From: an uncultured virus (IMG/VR IMGVR_UViG_3300009507_000010)
Lineage: Duplodnaviria > Heunggongvirae > Uroviricota > Caudoviricetes
Direction: 5' to 3' (one strand)
Length of the DNA stretch: 64,000 nucleotides
Virus record (IMG/VR): IMGVR_UViG_3300009507_000010
In this document: positions 1 to 9,500 of the stretch, piece after piece
How the letters are laid out: every line of letters begins with the position of its first letter
Position numbering within the stretch: position 1 is the stretch's first letter
Program-made: the position numbers and the translations under genes
Notes under the pieces: model-generated
Seen by the model: only the letters and a program-made list of their open reading frames with translations
What the model was told of the DNA's origin: nothing
The model's database searches: none

Positions 1-417
1 AATTGTTTTATATAAAATATGAAAACAATTCTTTGCGCAAATGTAAAACACATTTGAATTCAAAAACTCTCCTTCAAATCGTAACGTTTTATTTGTTGAG
101 TTTATGTATATCATATTCTTACATGATGCTGTAGGAATTTTGTAAAAAGAATGTTCTGTTGTAATAGATATATCTGTGTTAATTTTTTCAATTACAAAAT
201 TATCACCTAACTGCACTACAGTATAATTGTGTTTAAGTATGTCACCATTAAGAAATTTTTCCGCTAGACTCTCACTGATATTAATAGAGTTGTCTGGAGC
301 ATCTCCCGAATGAGAAAAGACAGCCGTTATTCTATTTTCACTATCGTATGACACATAGTATTTTAATGTACGAGCTAACATCTGATGACGACGAATGTCG
401 TCTAATATACTACTCAT
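1..417 (-). CDS. Hypothetical protein, partial (runs off window start)
   Basis: Read manually: ATG at 417 overlapping the end of the upstream gene, open to position 1 (MSSILDDIRRHQMLARTLKYYVSYDSENRITAVF...); absent from the ORF track because no stop lies in the window. Confidence 0.8.
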   Translation of the reverse strand, partial: MSSILDDIRRHQMLARTLKYYVSYDSENRITAVFSHSGDAPDNSINISESLAEKFLNGDILKHNYTVVQLGDNFVIEKINTDISITTEHSFYKIPTASCKNMIYINSTNKTLRFEGEFLNSNVFYICAKNCFHILYKTI

Positions 418-1186
418 TGAACAACTCCTTTACGTCTGTTGGTAAGAAATCGTCTTCAACATAATGTAATATATCATTCAACATATACGAATCTAACATA
501 ATTTTTCCGTGAAACGTGTAAACTGGAATTCTATTAGTTACAGTATCTGACGGTGTATTCCAATCTTGCATTTTGGGTTTTAAATGTATAAAGGTAGGCA
601 CTGTTGTATTATCAGTAGTAGCACTCTCTAGTCCTAATATTTTTATAGCAAGTGCCATGTTTAAATCAATACTTTGTCCAGACTGGTATGTGTTCTTTAA
701 AAACTTACTATAATAAGATTTCCAATTAAGCGTAATATCTTTCAATAGCTCAAACACTAATTTAGAAGTAGGTGTCTTTTTAAAATAATAAAATGCTGTG
801 TATAAATTAGGCAAACTATTCTTTACAAAAGTTTTTCTATAATAGTCGCTTGTTGCAATAGTATTTCTATAGGTTAAAACATTAGTTGTAAAAAACATAT
901 CATGATGTGAAAACTTATCCCACCAATGGTCTACGTTTCGACAAAATACCATATCAGCATCAAGTACAATTGTTTCTTCATAAGGAGACATCTCATATGC
1001 TCGCCAGCGATTCTCTATTTTCCATTCACTGTCTTTTGCGTAATCGTCTTTAATGTCTTTATCAGTAATAATGGTTACGTTGTTTATGCTATTAAATTTT
1101 TTAATACTTGCTGCTAACAATTCTGCTTGTTTTACATAATCAGTCTTACCGTTGTTTTGTGCGAAAATGACATAGCCTTTACTCAT
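410..1186 (-). CDS. Putative GT-A fold (GT8-like) nucleotide-sugar glycosyltransferase
   Basis: 258 aa; N-terminal GYVIFA strand, Y..A..LA.SIK helix, AYEMSPYEETIVLDAD DxD motif, late FIHLK His motif; paralogue of 1179-2039. Confidence 0.65.
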   Translation of the reverse strand: MSKGYVIFAQNNGKTDYVKQAELLAASIKKFNSINNVTIITDKDIKDDYAKDSEWKIENRWRAYEMSPYEETIVLDADMVFCRNVDHWWDKFSHHDMFFTTNVLTYRNTIATSDYYRKTFVKNSLPNLYTAFYYFKKTPTSKLVFELLKDITLNWKSYYSKFLKNTYQSGQSIDLNMALAIKILGLESATTDNTTVPTFIHLKPKMQDWNTPSDTVTNRIPVYTFHGKIMLDSYMLNDILHYVEDDFLPTDVKELFNE

Positions 1187-2039
1187 TTACAAACTCCTTG
1201 TCGATTAGATCATTTAAGTGAAGTTTATTCATAATGTGTATATTCATACCTTCAACCGAGACTATGTTAACTTTGTCTATTCTTGATTTTTGTCCTAAAA
1301 CAAACGTATACTTTCCATCTTTAATAGTTAGCAAGTCATCTTGAGGACTAGTATATAACATTTTGCCAGGTAACTGACACGGCCAATTAGTTTCTTGGTA
1401 TCCGTTGAGCATATGCAATGCTATACTAAAGGCGTAATCATTTCTATAAAGTTTTAGAGGTATACGATACAATGTCCTAAAATAATGATAATGTTCTTTA
1501 ATATAATTTACTAGTTCAAATAGTTTTTTAGTTCGTTCAGTTTTCTTAAAAACTAATACAGTTGCCCACCAAAAATCAATAGCTTCATCGGATATTTTGT
1601 CAAAGCCTTTTATATTTCTTTTATATGCAATATCGCAACTATCTCTAAACATAAACAAATCTGATGGCTGATCTAATACTTTTAGGAAACTGCTATTATT
1701 GATTAAGTAATCTGTATCTATTACAATAGTAGTGTCAAATGGAGTTATGTCATAAGCACTTGCCCGATTTACATTTTTCCATTCTGCACGTATACTGTGA
1801 TGTTCACCGCCGAAAAATTCTCTATTTTGAAAGTTAGATTCCCGTGGCATTTGAAAAATTACATCATCTACGTATTTTTTATACCATGGATATGTTTTTT
1901 CAAGATAACTTACACTGTCAGTCACAATAACTACAGGCAATTTTAAATGCTGTTTTACTAGCTTTGCGTTATATATTGCTTGTTTAACATAGTCTATTGC
2001 AGTGTTGTTATATGCAAACAAGAGTACTCCTGTTGTCAT
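1179..2039 (-). CDS. Putative GT-A fold glycosyltransferase
   Basis: 286 aa; GVLLFAYNN...DYVKQA, AYDITPFDTTIVIDTD DxD motif, YRNDYAFSIA, HIMNK; overlaps both neighbours. Confidence 0.65.
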   Translation of the reverse strand: MTTGVLLFAYNNTAIDYVKQAIYNAKLVKQHLKLPVVIVTDSVSYLEKTYPWYKKYVDDVIFQMPRESNFQNREFFGGEHHSIRAEWKNVNRASAYDITPFDTTIVIDTDYLINNSSFLKVLDQPSDLFMFRDSCDIAYKRNIKGFDKISDEAIDFWWATVLVFKKTERTKKLFELVNYIKEHYHYFRTLYRIPLKLYRNDYAFSIALHMLNGYQETNWPCQLPGKMLYTSPQDDLLTIKDGKYTFVLGQKSRIDKVNIVSVEGMNIHIMNKLHLNDLIDKEFVNE

Positions 2040-2380
2040 AGAGATAGCAAATCCTCTAACTTTCGAGATTTCAAAATTGCATCTTCATACTGCAAAAAAT
2101 ATGTCTCCGTTGCAGACTTGTATGTGTCAGTAACTAATTTTAAAAATTCTATAATATTAGTAATTTTTATAGGAATGTCGTTGTCATCTGTAATAACACT
2201 AATTTCATTTTCAAATGCTGTTTGTAAAAATGCAATTAGTTCTTTATTAGCAGTAAACTTTCCACCATTGAAGAATACAATGATTGCTTCTTGAAACTGT
2301 TCTTTCAGTAGCCGCTTTTGATTGTTAATAGTGTCAATATGATGTATATCTTCTAATACTGTCTTTAATCGTTGATCCAT
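2036..2380 (-). CDS. Hypothetical protein
   Basis: 114-aa ORF with GGAG RBS, first gene after a sigma70-like promoter, 4-nt overlap with the next gene. Confidence 0.8.
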   Translation of the reverse strand: MDQRLKTVLEDIHHIDTINNQKRLLKEQFQEAIIVFFNGGKFTANKELIAFLQTAFENEISVITDDNDIPIKITNIIEFLKLVTDTYKSATETYFLQYEDAILKSRKLEDLLSL

Positions 2381-2402
2381 TTAGACTCCGCCTTTATAGT
2401 AT

Positions 2403-2431
2403 ATATTACACTATAAAGTTAAAGTTGTCAA
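2403..2431 (-). promoter_or_regulatory. Sigma70-type (early/middle) promoter
   Basis: TTGACA-N17-TAATAT with TG just upstream of the -10, about 20 nt before the 2380 start. Confidence 0.7.
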
Positions 2432-2440
2432 GAGCGATTT

Positions 2441-3976
2441 TTAAGCAAATCCAGCAAAGGTTGGTTCTACTATAACAGTAGTGCTTGTAGATGCGTCTAC
2501 TGAACTAACATAGCTTGTAAATTCAACGGTGTAGTCTTGAGCGGCTGCACCAGTTTTTAGCAATGTTGCTTCCCAGTTAATATTAACGGCTGCTGAACTG
2601 TTTCCAGTAAGAATGCCACTGTTATACAATACCGTTCCCGAAGTGTTTGAACCTTGGAAAATACGTATTCGAAGTGTACCTGCAATGTCAGGACTTCCTC
2701 TAAGCAATCCAAAGAATGTCCAATTAGAAGCACCGGCTTTTGATGCGACACCTCTAACTTTTACCGACCAGTTGTCTGCAGGTATAGTAAATGTTTTTGT
2801 CCAAGCAGTACCGTTAGTGTCTCCGGAACTAAATGGCCCAATAGTAGGTATAGCAGGACTAGATACTAGCGGCGGGATGTCTGTGATTTCTGAAACTGTC
2901 CAGGTAGGATTAGTTACATTAGTTACTGACGGATTAGCCCCAACCGTATTAAATAAAGGGTTAGTGCCAGCTGTAATTGTTTTTACAGAAACCCAAGAAG
3001 CTACTCCGGCGTTTACATTTTCATCTCGAGGATCGTCTGGCCAATTTTTTAATGATCGATCATAATCCGAACACGTTACTTTTGCTGTGATTACTGTATT
3101 AGCAGCATTACGTTTAAGTTCTACTTTAGTCTGATTCATTTCATATAATGCATCGGTTGAATCAAGTTTTAAGACAAATTGTGCATAATCAGTTCCAAGT
3201 ACATTAAAAATAGAACGGTCAACTCGAAAATCTATAGGGTTAGATACATTTAAATGATTATACCACCAGTTTCTCTTGGCTTGCGTTCGAGGACTAGTAT
3301 ACGGAACTCCTGAACTATTAGTTAGTCTAATAGAAAAGATTAACTCTCCCCCCATATCAAAAAATCTATCTCTATTTGCAGTCGAGCTAAATGTAATAGA
3401 AAATTCTCTAGATATTCTACCCCTAGCGTTGTCGCCTGCTTGTTGATCGCCAGTTTTGCCTTCGTCAACTTCAATGTCTGATCCGCCGCCCCAGTCAGTT
3501 GGACTAACATCTCCAGCTTGGGCACTGGTAGCGGGATTAGTAAATTGATTAGCGGCGTGTACGCCTGCCATACCTTCTGCAATTTCTAATGAAAGTTGAA
3601 GGTCATTATATCCGGTAATAGTATCTCTAGGTCCTGAAATATCTCCATTTTCATCATATACATATCCGTCACCTGCTAGAATAGCATCGCCTTCGTTGTA
3701 TTCTGTAAATGATGGTTGGCTAGTGGGAAGTCCTACATCAGCGCTGCCTAGTTGATGAACTCTTAACCAATAATAGATTGCAAATGCTTTATCAAAATGA
3801 ACATTATTAAGTGTTTCGCCTGCTGTTACTGCATCAAATGATCCTTCGGCTCCTAGGTACGTATTGATCATAGTAGTACTGACGCCGTATGTACCTGCTA
3901 GAGCTATTATTCTAGTTCGTAAATCATTGTAATGTGCTGCGGTAATCTCGTCACCGACTGATACTACTTCTCCCAT
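2441..3976 (-). CDS. Putative virion structural protein (tail/fibre associated)
   Basis: 511 aa, Gly/Thr/Ser/Asn-rich; shares ITA..(Y/F)N.LR, VHQ.G and F..GGEL motifs with adjacent 3993-4991, plus an extra C-terminal beta-rich domain. Confidence 0.6.
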   Translation of the reverse strand: MGEVVSVGDEITAAHYNDLRTRIIALAGTYGVSTTMINTYLGAEGSFDAVTAGETLNNVHFDKAFAIYYWLRVHQLGSADVGLPTSQPSFTEYNEGDAILAGDGYVYDENGDISGPRDTITGYNDLQLSLEIAEGMAGVHAANQFTNPATSAQAGDVSPTDWGGGSDIEVDEGKTGDQQAGDNARGRISREFSITFSSTANRDRFFDMGGELIFSIRLTNSSGVPYTSPRTQAKRNWWYNHLNVSNPIDFRVDRSIFNVLGTDYAQFVLKLDSTDALYEMNQTKVELKRNAANTVITAKVTCSDYDRSLKNWPDDPRDENVNAGVASWVSVKTITAGTNPLFNTVGANPSVTNVTNPTWTVSEITDIPPLVSSPAIPTIGPFSSGDTNGTAWTKTFTIPADNWSVKVRGVASKAGASNWTFFGLLRGSPDIAGTLRIRIFQGSNTSGTVLYNSGILTGNSSAAVNINWEATLLKTGAAAQDYTVEFTSYVSSVDASTSTTVIVEPTFAGFA

Positions 3977-3992
3977 ATATAACTCCTATCTA

Positions 3993-4991
3993 TTAAAGCG
4001 TGTTGCCGTTTAGAAAAGTGATACTCGGAGAAGGTGCTGTTACATATTCAGTATCAGCACGATACTCAGAAAGTTTAATAATTGTTCCCGGTTGCACAGT
4101 TTCGTCTACTGGAATAGGAGGAGTAAAAGACTGACCGTCTCCAACATCTGCATCTACACATGTTACTTTTAAGTAAACTATTTGCGAGTTTCCGTTACTA
4201 TTTAAAACTTGGTCACACTTTGCTTGTATTGTTATATAGTTCTCTGCATATAACGAGTTTGTATTTGTGGCCCAATAACCTACTTGCTGGTAAGAATTAG
4301 TAAGCCCTGACCATCCTTCGTTAATAAGACTAGCTGTACCAGCTGATTGACGAGCTTTTAAATAATAACTAAAGTTAGACATAATGTCTCGCCAATGCAC
4401 ATTTTTAGCATCAGAAGTATCAATGTGCTGACCAGTTATTCTAAGCTCGCCGCCTGTATTCCAAAAACGTCTAGCTGCTGCCGGTGTACCGAAATCAATT
4501 TTAAATTCGCAATCAATACTTGCCGTTGTTGCAGAATTTCCCCAAACTGCCGACCTAGTTGTACTTAACTTATCGTATTCATTTCTTGACCCTAGTGCAT
4601 GAAGTCCATTATTTAACGCAACTTTAGCTCTAGTAATTTCTAATTCTAAATCTTCGTATCCTGCAAGTTCGTCGTCAAGAACAACATCTCCTAATTCATT
4701 TAATCGATATGTTGCATCGTCGCCGACAATATCTGCTGGGTCGATTTGAGAAAGTGTAGTTGGCAATGCGCCAGTTTGGTGTACACGAGCAGCAACAATA
4801 GCATTATACAATTGCCTATGTTCTGTTGCGCCAATAACTCCGCCTCTTGCAGCAGGATTAATTATATAATTCTGCCCGTATCCACCGAAGTTAATATTTA
4901 ATTCCGGATTGCTATTAAAATCATTATTGTTAACAACATTTAATATCTGAGTACGTAATCTATTAAACGCTTCTGCCGTAATACTCGCCAT
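3993..4991 (-). CDS. Putative virion structural protein, paralogue of 2441-3976
   Basis: 332 aa; shared motifs (ARVHQTG, RRFWNTGGELRI, YAENYITI); within the tail-fibre operon. Confidence 0.6.
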   Translation of the reverse strand: MASITAEAFNRLRTQILNVVNNNDFNSNPELNINFGGYGQNYIINPAARGGVIGATEHRQLYNAIVAARVHQTGALPTTLSQIDPADIVGDDATYRLNELGDVVLDDELAGYEDLELEITRAKVALNNGLHALGSRNEYDKLSTTRSAVWGNSATTASIDCEFKIDFGTPAAARRFWNTGGELRITGQHIDTSDAKNVHWRDIMSNFSYYLKARQSAGTASLINEGWSGLTNSYQQVGYWATNTNSLYAENYITIQAKCDQVLNSNGNSQIVYLKVTCVDADVGDGQSFTPPIPVDETVQPGTIIKLSEYRADTEYVTAPSPSITFLNGNTL

Positions 4992-4994
4992 AAT

Positions 4995-6488
4995 TTACAC
5001 CTTTAGTACACATTCAACTAGCTTTTCATCTTCGTCACTATTTGATTCTAGTGCTATCCCTACTAGTGCATTTGTTGCTGTAGTAGTACTTACGCCGTCT
5101 GTCATTGCATAAACTGCTTGACCTTTGCGCACAGCACCTTTTACTCTTACTGGAACACGCCCTTTAAGTGCAATATATTGTCCATCTGCTTCGCTATTCA
5201 TTTTAAATGCAGGATCAGTTGAAACTACTCCTACACAAAAGTCTTGTGCAGCAGCTAGATCTACTTCGTGGTCTGGATGATCACATACTGCTACTGCTGT
5301 ACCTGCTGGTAATTCTTCTGCTGTTGTATATTTCTCTGCCAAGTCAGCGTATTGTGCTTCAGTTGCAACACCTGCAAATTTTGTAGCATTAATTGTACCT
5401 TGTGCATCTCTAACCGGAATAGTTAACGGATTGTCGGCTACTGTTGCTCTTGCAAACAAGCCACTTCCCTGTCCATTATATTCAACTTCCTGTGATTGTG
5501 TAACCACACCGTCGAATGTATCAGCATACACAGTTCTAAATTTAATAGTATTTGTTCCTAAGTCGCTTGTACTATCTGTTTCTGGTCTAAAAGTATTAGC
5601 ACTAACTCTAAAACGTATTGAACTACTGTCTTGGAACGCAATATCTGTTCCGCCGTTGTTATTAACTACTGCAATGTTTCCGTTATTAAATAGCTTAAAC
5701 GTGTCAGCCGAACCAATTGTTAAACCACCACTTGCTCCTTCTGCACGAATATTAGTTTGTGCAAGCATTTCTGGGGAATTTTTCTGAACAAACTCTGAAG
5801 AGTCAAATACAGTTCCGTCAACAACAAGTTTTTCAGCAGCACTAGCAGTACCCCAGAACCTTGTTGGTCCTGATGTGTAGCCTGTTGAGTTTGTATTTCT
5901 TAGAGTAAGTCCTGATTTAACTTCAGTGTAGTTAGCAAGGTCTAAGTTTTCAGCTTCTGCTGTATTAATGGGGAACGATTCTTGAGAAACAGTAAAAATA
6001 ACATCGCCGTTTACATAAGCTCTTACAATAGGTTTTAGGGATCCGTCATAAGATGATTTAGCAAAGCCTGTTTCTAGCTGTGTTACTTGTCCTTGTGATG
6101 TAGTCTGCGGACCTACAAGGATATATTCTGAACCAGTGTATACAAACACTTGATCGTTTGCACTATCTAACCAAAAATCGCCTGCTGTTTGGCCTTCTGG
6201 CTGGAGTGTAGATACTTCAGCACCAGAAGCTGGGCGGAAGCGTTGTCCATCGTAGAACCTAATTCTATTCTCTGTTGCATCGTACCAAATCATACCAGTC
6301 ACTTTACGTGCTGGTTCTCCTGTACCTGCAAAGTTTTCTAACAAGTGATAAAAATTTTCATTTTGTAACTCGCCGTAACCAGCATAGTTTTTACCAATCA
6401 TCTTCAATGCTGTTGATTGATTAACTGTGCCGTCCTCAATAGTGATGTCGCTGTTGACACCAGTAAAACTGTTTATTGTATAAGCCAT
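4995..6488 (-). CDS. Tail fibre protein with C-terminal peptidase G2-like autocleavage/chaperone domain
   Basis: 497 aa; N-terminal IGKNYAGYGE..NENF.HLLENFA module; C-terminal YADLAEKY...GVVSTDPAFKMN...IALKGRVPVRVKG. Confidence 0.7.
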   Translation of the reverse strand: MAYTINSFTGVNSDITIEDGTVNQSTALKMIGKNYAGYGELQNENFYHLLENFAGTGEPARKVTGMIWYDATENRIRFYDGQRFRPASGAEVSTLQPEGQTAGDFWLDSANDQVFVYTGSEYILVGPQTTSQGQVTQLETGFAKSSYDGSLKPIVRAYVNGDVIFTVSQESFPINTAEAENLDLANYTEVKSGLTLRNTNSTGYTSGPTRFWGTASAAEKLVVDGTVFDSSEFVQKNSPEMLAQTNIRAEGASGGLTIGSADTFKLFNNGNIAVVNNNGGTDIAFQDSSSIRFRVSANTFRPETDSTSDLGTNTIKFRTVYADTFDGVVTQSQEVEYNGQGSGLFARATVADNPLTIPVRDAQGTINATKFAGVATEAQYADLAEKYTTAEELPAGTAVAVCDHPDHEVDLAAAQDFCVGVVSTDPAFKMNSEADGQYIALKGRVPVRVKGAVRKGQAVYAMTDGVSTTTATNALVGIALESNSDEDEKLVECVLKV

Positions 6489-6526
6489 TTCTTTCGAACC
6501 CCTAAATGTTTTGTTCTTCTATGTAT

Positions 6527-9500
6527 TTATTTGTTTTCTAACTTTGCTAGACGAGCTTCGAGATCATCTATCTTGTTAAGTGCATTTTGCAATGCGCCAG
6601 TAAGTAAAGGTACTAATTTACTATGATCTAGCTGCTGTGCTTTAACTCTGCCATCATCTTCAACTGCATCTTTTTCTCCGTACACTGCTTGTGGTACAAC
6701 TTCTTGCACTTGGTGTGCTAAGAAACCGTCGTGTACATTTTCATTTTCATCTGCAATATATGTAAACTTAATTGGTTTCAGAGCTTTTACACGATCAGCA
6801 GCATCAGACATATCGCCTACAACTTCTTTTAATCTATAATCAGAAGTTGTGTTGTATGCTGTAGTTGATCCATCAGTTGTAACAGAACCAATTGTGCCGT
6901 TGGCATTTTTAAAGCTAATTACGTCACGAAGTGCAGTAGTATTTGTACCAAACTCCATATCGCCACTAGTTGTAATCATTACACGGTTGGCTGTAGGACT
7001 AAATGCTCCGCCGCCAACGATGAATTGACTACTGTTCATTCTCATTACTTCTGATAGACCGCTTTCAAAGTATACAGAAGCAGAGTTAGATCCACCAATA
7101 TAAGTATCTGGGTTACCTTTAAATCTGCCGCCTTTGCCGGTGCCACTACCAATACCTTGGAATAATGCATCTCCGTTTGACGTACTTTGGACTCTTGCTT
7201 CTTGGTCAGCTGTGCCTGAAATATGCAGTTCTGCAGACAATGAAGTGTTTAAACCAATGCCTAATCCGGAACTGAAATAACCAGTACGGAAATTGTTAAT
7301 CTGTGAACCCACGTCATAAGTTGCATTAGTGTTAGGAAATACTGATCCACTAACATTTGCAAGTTTTGTCTGTACTCTTGCATCAGTGTAGTACAAGTTT
7401 AGACCTTCGCCTAAGTTTGTAGTTGATTTATTTCCAAAAGCAGTGTCAAAACGTGATTGTGTATAGTATAAGTTAGTTCCTTCTGCAACAACAGTTGAGC
7501 TAATAGATTGCCAAGTAGCTGCTCCTAGTCCGTTAGTAATAAGAGCTTGGTTTGCCGATCCATCTGTTGCTGGAATTGTAAATGCATTTGCAAATTTAGA
7601 AACGCCTGTACTTGAGTTAACACTGTATAGTTCTGTTCCGGAGTTATTAATAACTTTAAAGTATTCATTTGCACCGTTTGAAACGTCAGTATCTAGTCGT
7701 ACTGTAATGCCACCTTGTGAACGCATCTCTGAACCGTCAATAACCATAGAACTTGTATTATCACTAAATGTAACACTACCGTTCATAGCATGATTTGATG
7801 CATATGTCAAGTCGCCAAGTGTTGCCGAGCCGTTGATCTGTAGTTGTCCAGTAGCAGCATAATCAACAATGTTTGTTAAACTTCTAGCTGCGGTAATAAC
7901 TTCAACACTTCCGATACCAAGGTTGCCATTAATATCTAAACGCTGCACCGGACTCTGTGTACCAAAGCCAACATTACCGTCTGCGCCGTTAACAAACAGT
8001 GCATCAGGTGCGCCGTTGCCTTCAATTCGGAAGTTAACATCTGCGCCCGTCTCGTTGAACACAACTTCATTGTTACCAAACGAATGCTCTACATAAACGT
8101 TGTTTTTGTAGTTTTCAAAAATAGTGCGTGACGCTTTGGTTGATGCTGTAAAGTCTAAAATCTGTGATCTTATTCTACTAAATGCAGTTTCGTTGCCTAA
8201 GTTGTCATTGCCAGTTAACTGTATACCACCAATAAAGTCACTATCTGCAGGGTTTGCAGAATCTCTGTACACATTAAAGTACGGACCTGCATCAGTTGTT
8301 GATTCTGTATTTTTAATTCTAGCAACTACAAGATCTGAAACTCCATCAACATCAAGTTTATATGTTGCAGGTCTAGGAGTTGCTCCGTAAATCACAGGAT
8401 CGTACCCAATACCTAGTTTTCCATTTGGAATGTAAATATCGCCTGTGCCTTGTGGCCTTAGTTCAATATCTGCATTACTATCTATTGTACTAATTACGTT
8501 ATCTCTAAAGTTAAGAGTTCCGCCAATTGTTAACTCGTTAACATTAAGCGAAGCTGTATCAACTGCTAGTGCTTTAACAGTACCGTTAACATCGAGCAAT
8601 GCTTGTGCAGTTGTTTTACCAATTGCAACACGACCTTGCGTATCAGTTCCTAATGGTTGAATTGCTAAGTTACGTCCGCCTTGACTCAATTCCTTTGCTT
8701 CAATAAATGCAAAGTCTGCGTTTGTTTCGTAACCCATACCAAGTACAAAATTAGTATTAGTTGACCCTGTAACTTTTAGTTGTGCATCTTGTGCATAGTT
8801 AACTGTATTAAGATCCTTAGCAACAGTTGCATTGCCGGCAGTATCTAGTGTGCCAGTAAGTGTTAGATTATTAAACTGTACATCAGAATTTGTTTCAACT
8901 GGCTGACCTATTGCGATTTGTCCGCTAGCATTATCATATGTAACACCTGTGCTGCCTGCTAAACTTAGTCTTGCTCTTGCTTCTGTAAAATATCTATTAT
9001 TATTTCCTTCAGATATTTCATTTGAAGTTAGTGTAACTACTCCAGTTAAACCGTTAACACTGTCTACAGGCGAATCAATTGTGATAATACCTGTGCCGCT
9101 GTTGTAAGTACCGTCGCCAGTTACACTAATAGCTGCTCTTGCTCTAGCATCTGTAAAGTATAAGTTTGACGTGCCTTCTGCTAAAGCGTTTGTTGTAGTA
9201 CTCGATAGTGATGCTGCAAACCTAGAGTTAGTATAGTAGAAGTTAGTTATTCCTTCGCTTAGATCATCTGAATCTTTTGCACCAAATGCCGTATCAAATC
9301 TACCTTGAGTATAATATACATTAGTTGATCCTTCAGATAACGCATCAGTAGATTCTGCTATTGGAAAATATCCAGCGCCATCATTTGTTGCTTCCCATCT
9401 GTCTGACGATTCGTTCCAGCGTATTAATACATTAGTTAATGAACCTCGTTCAACTTCAATACCTGCATTGAGTGTAGGAAGAGTTGTTTGGTTTGAATTG

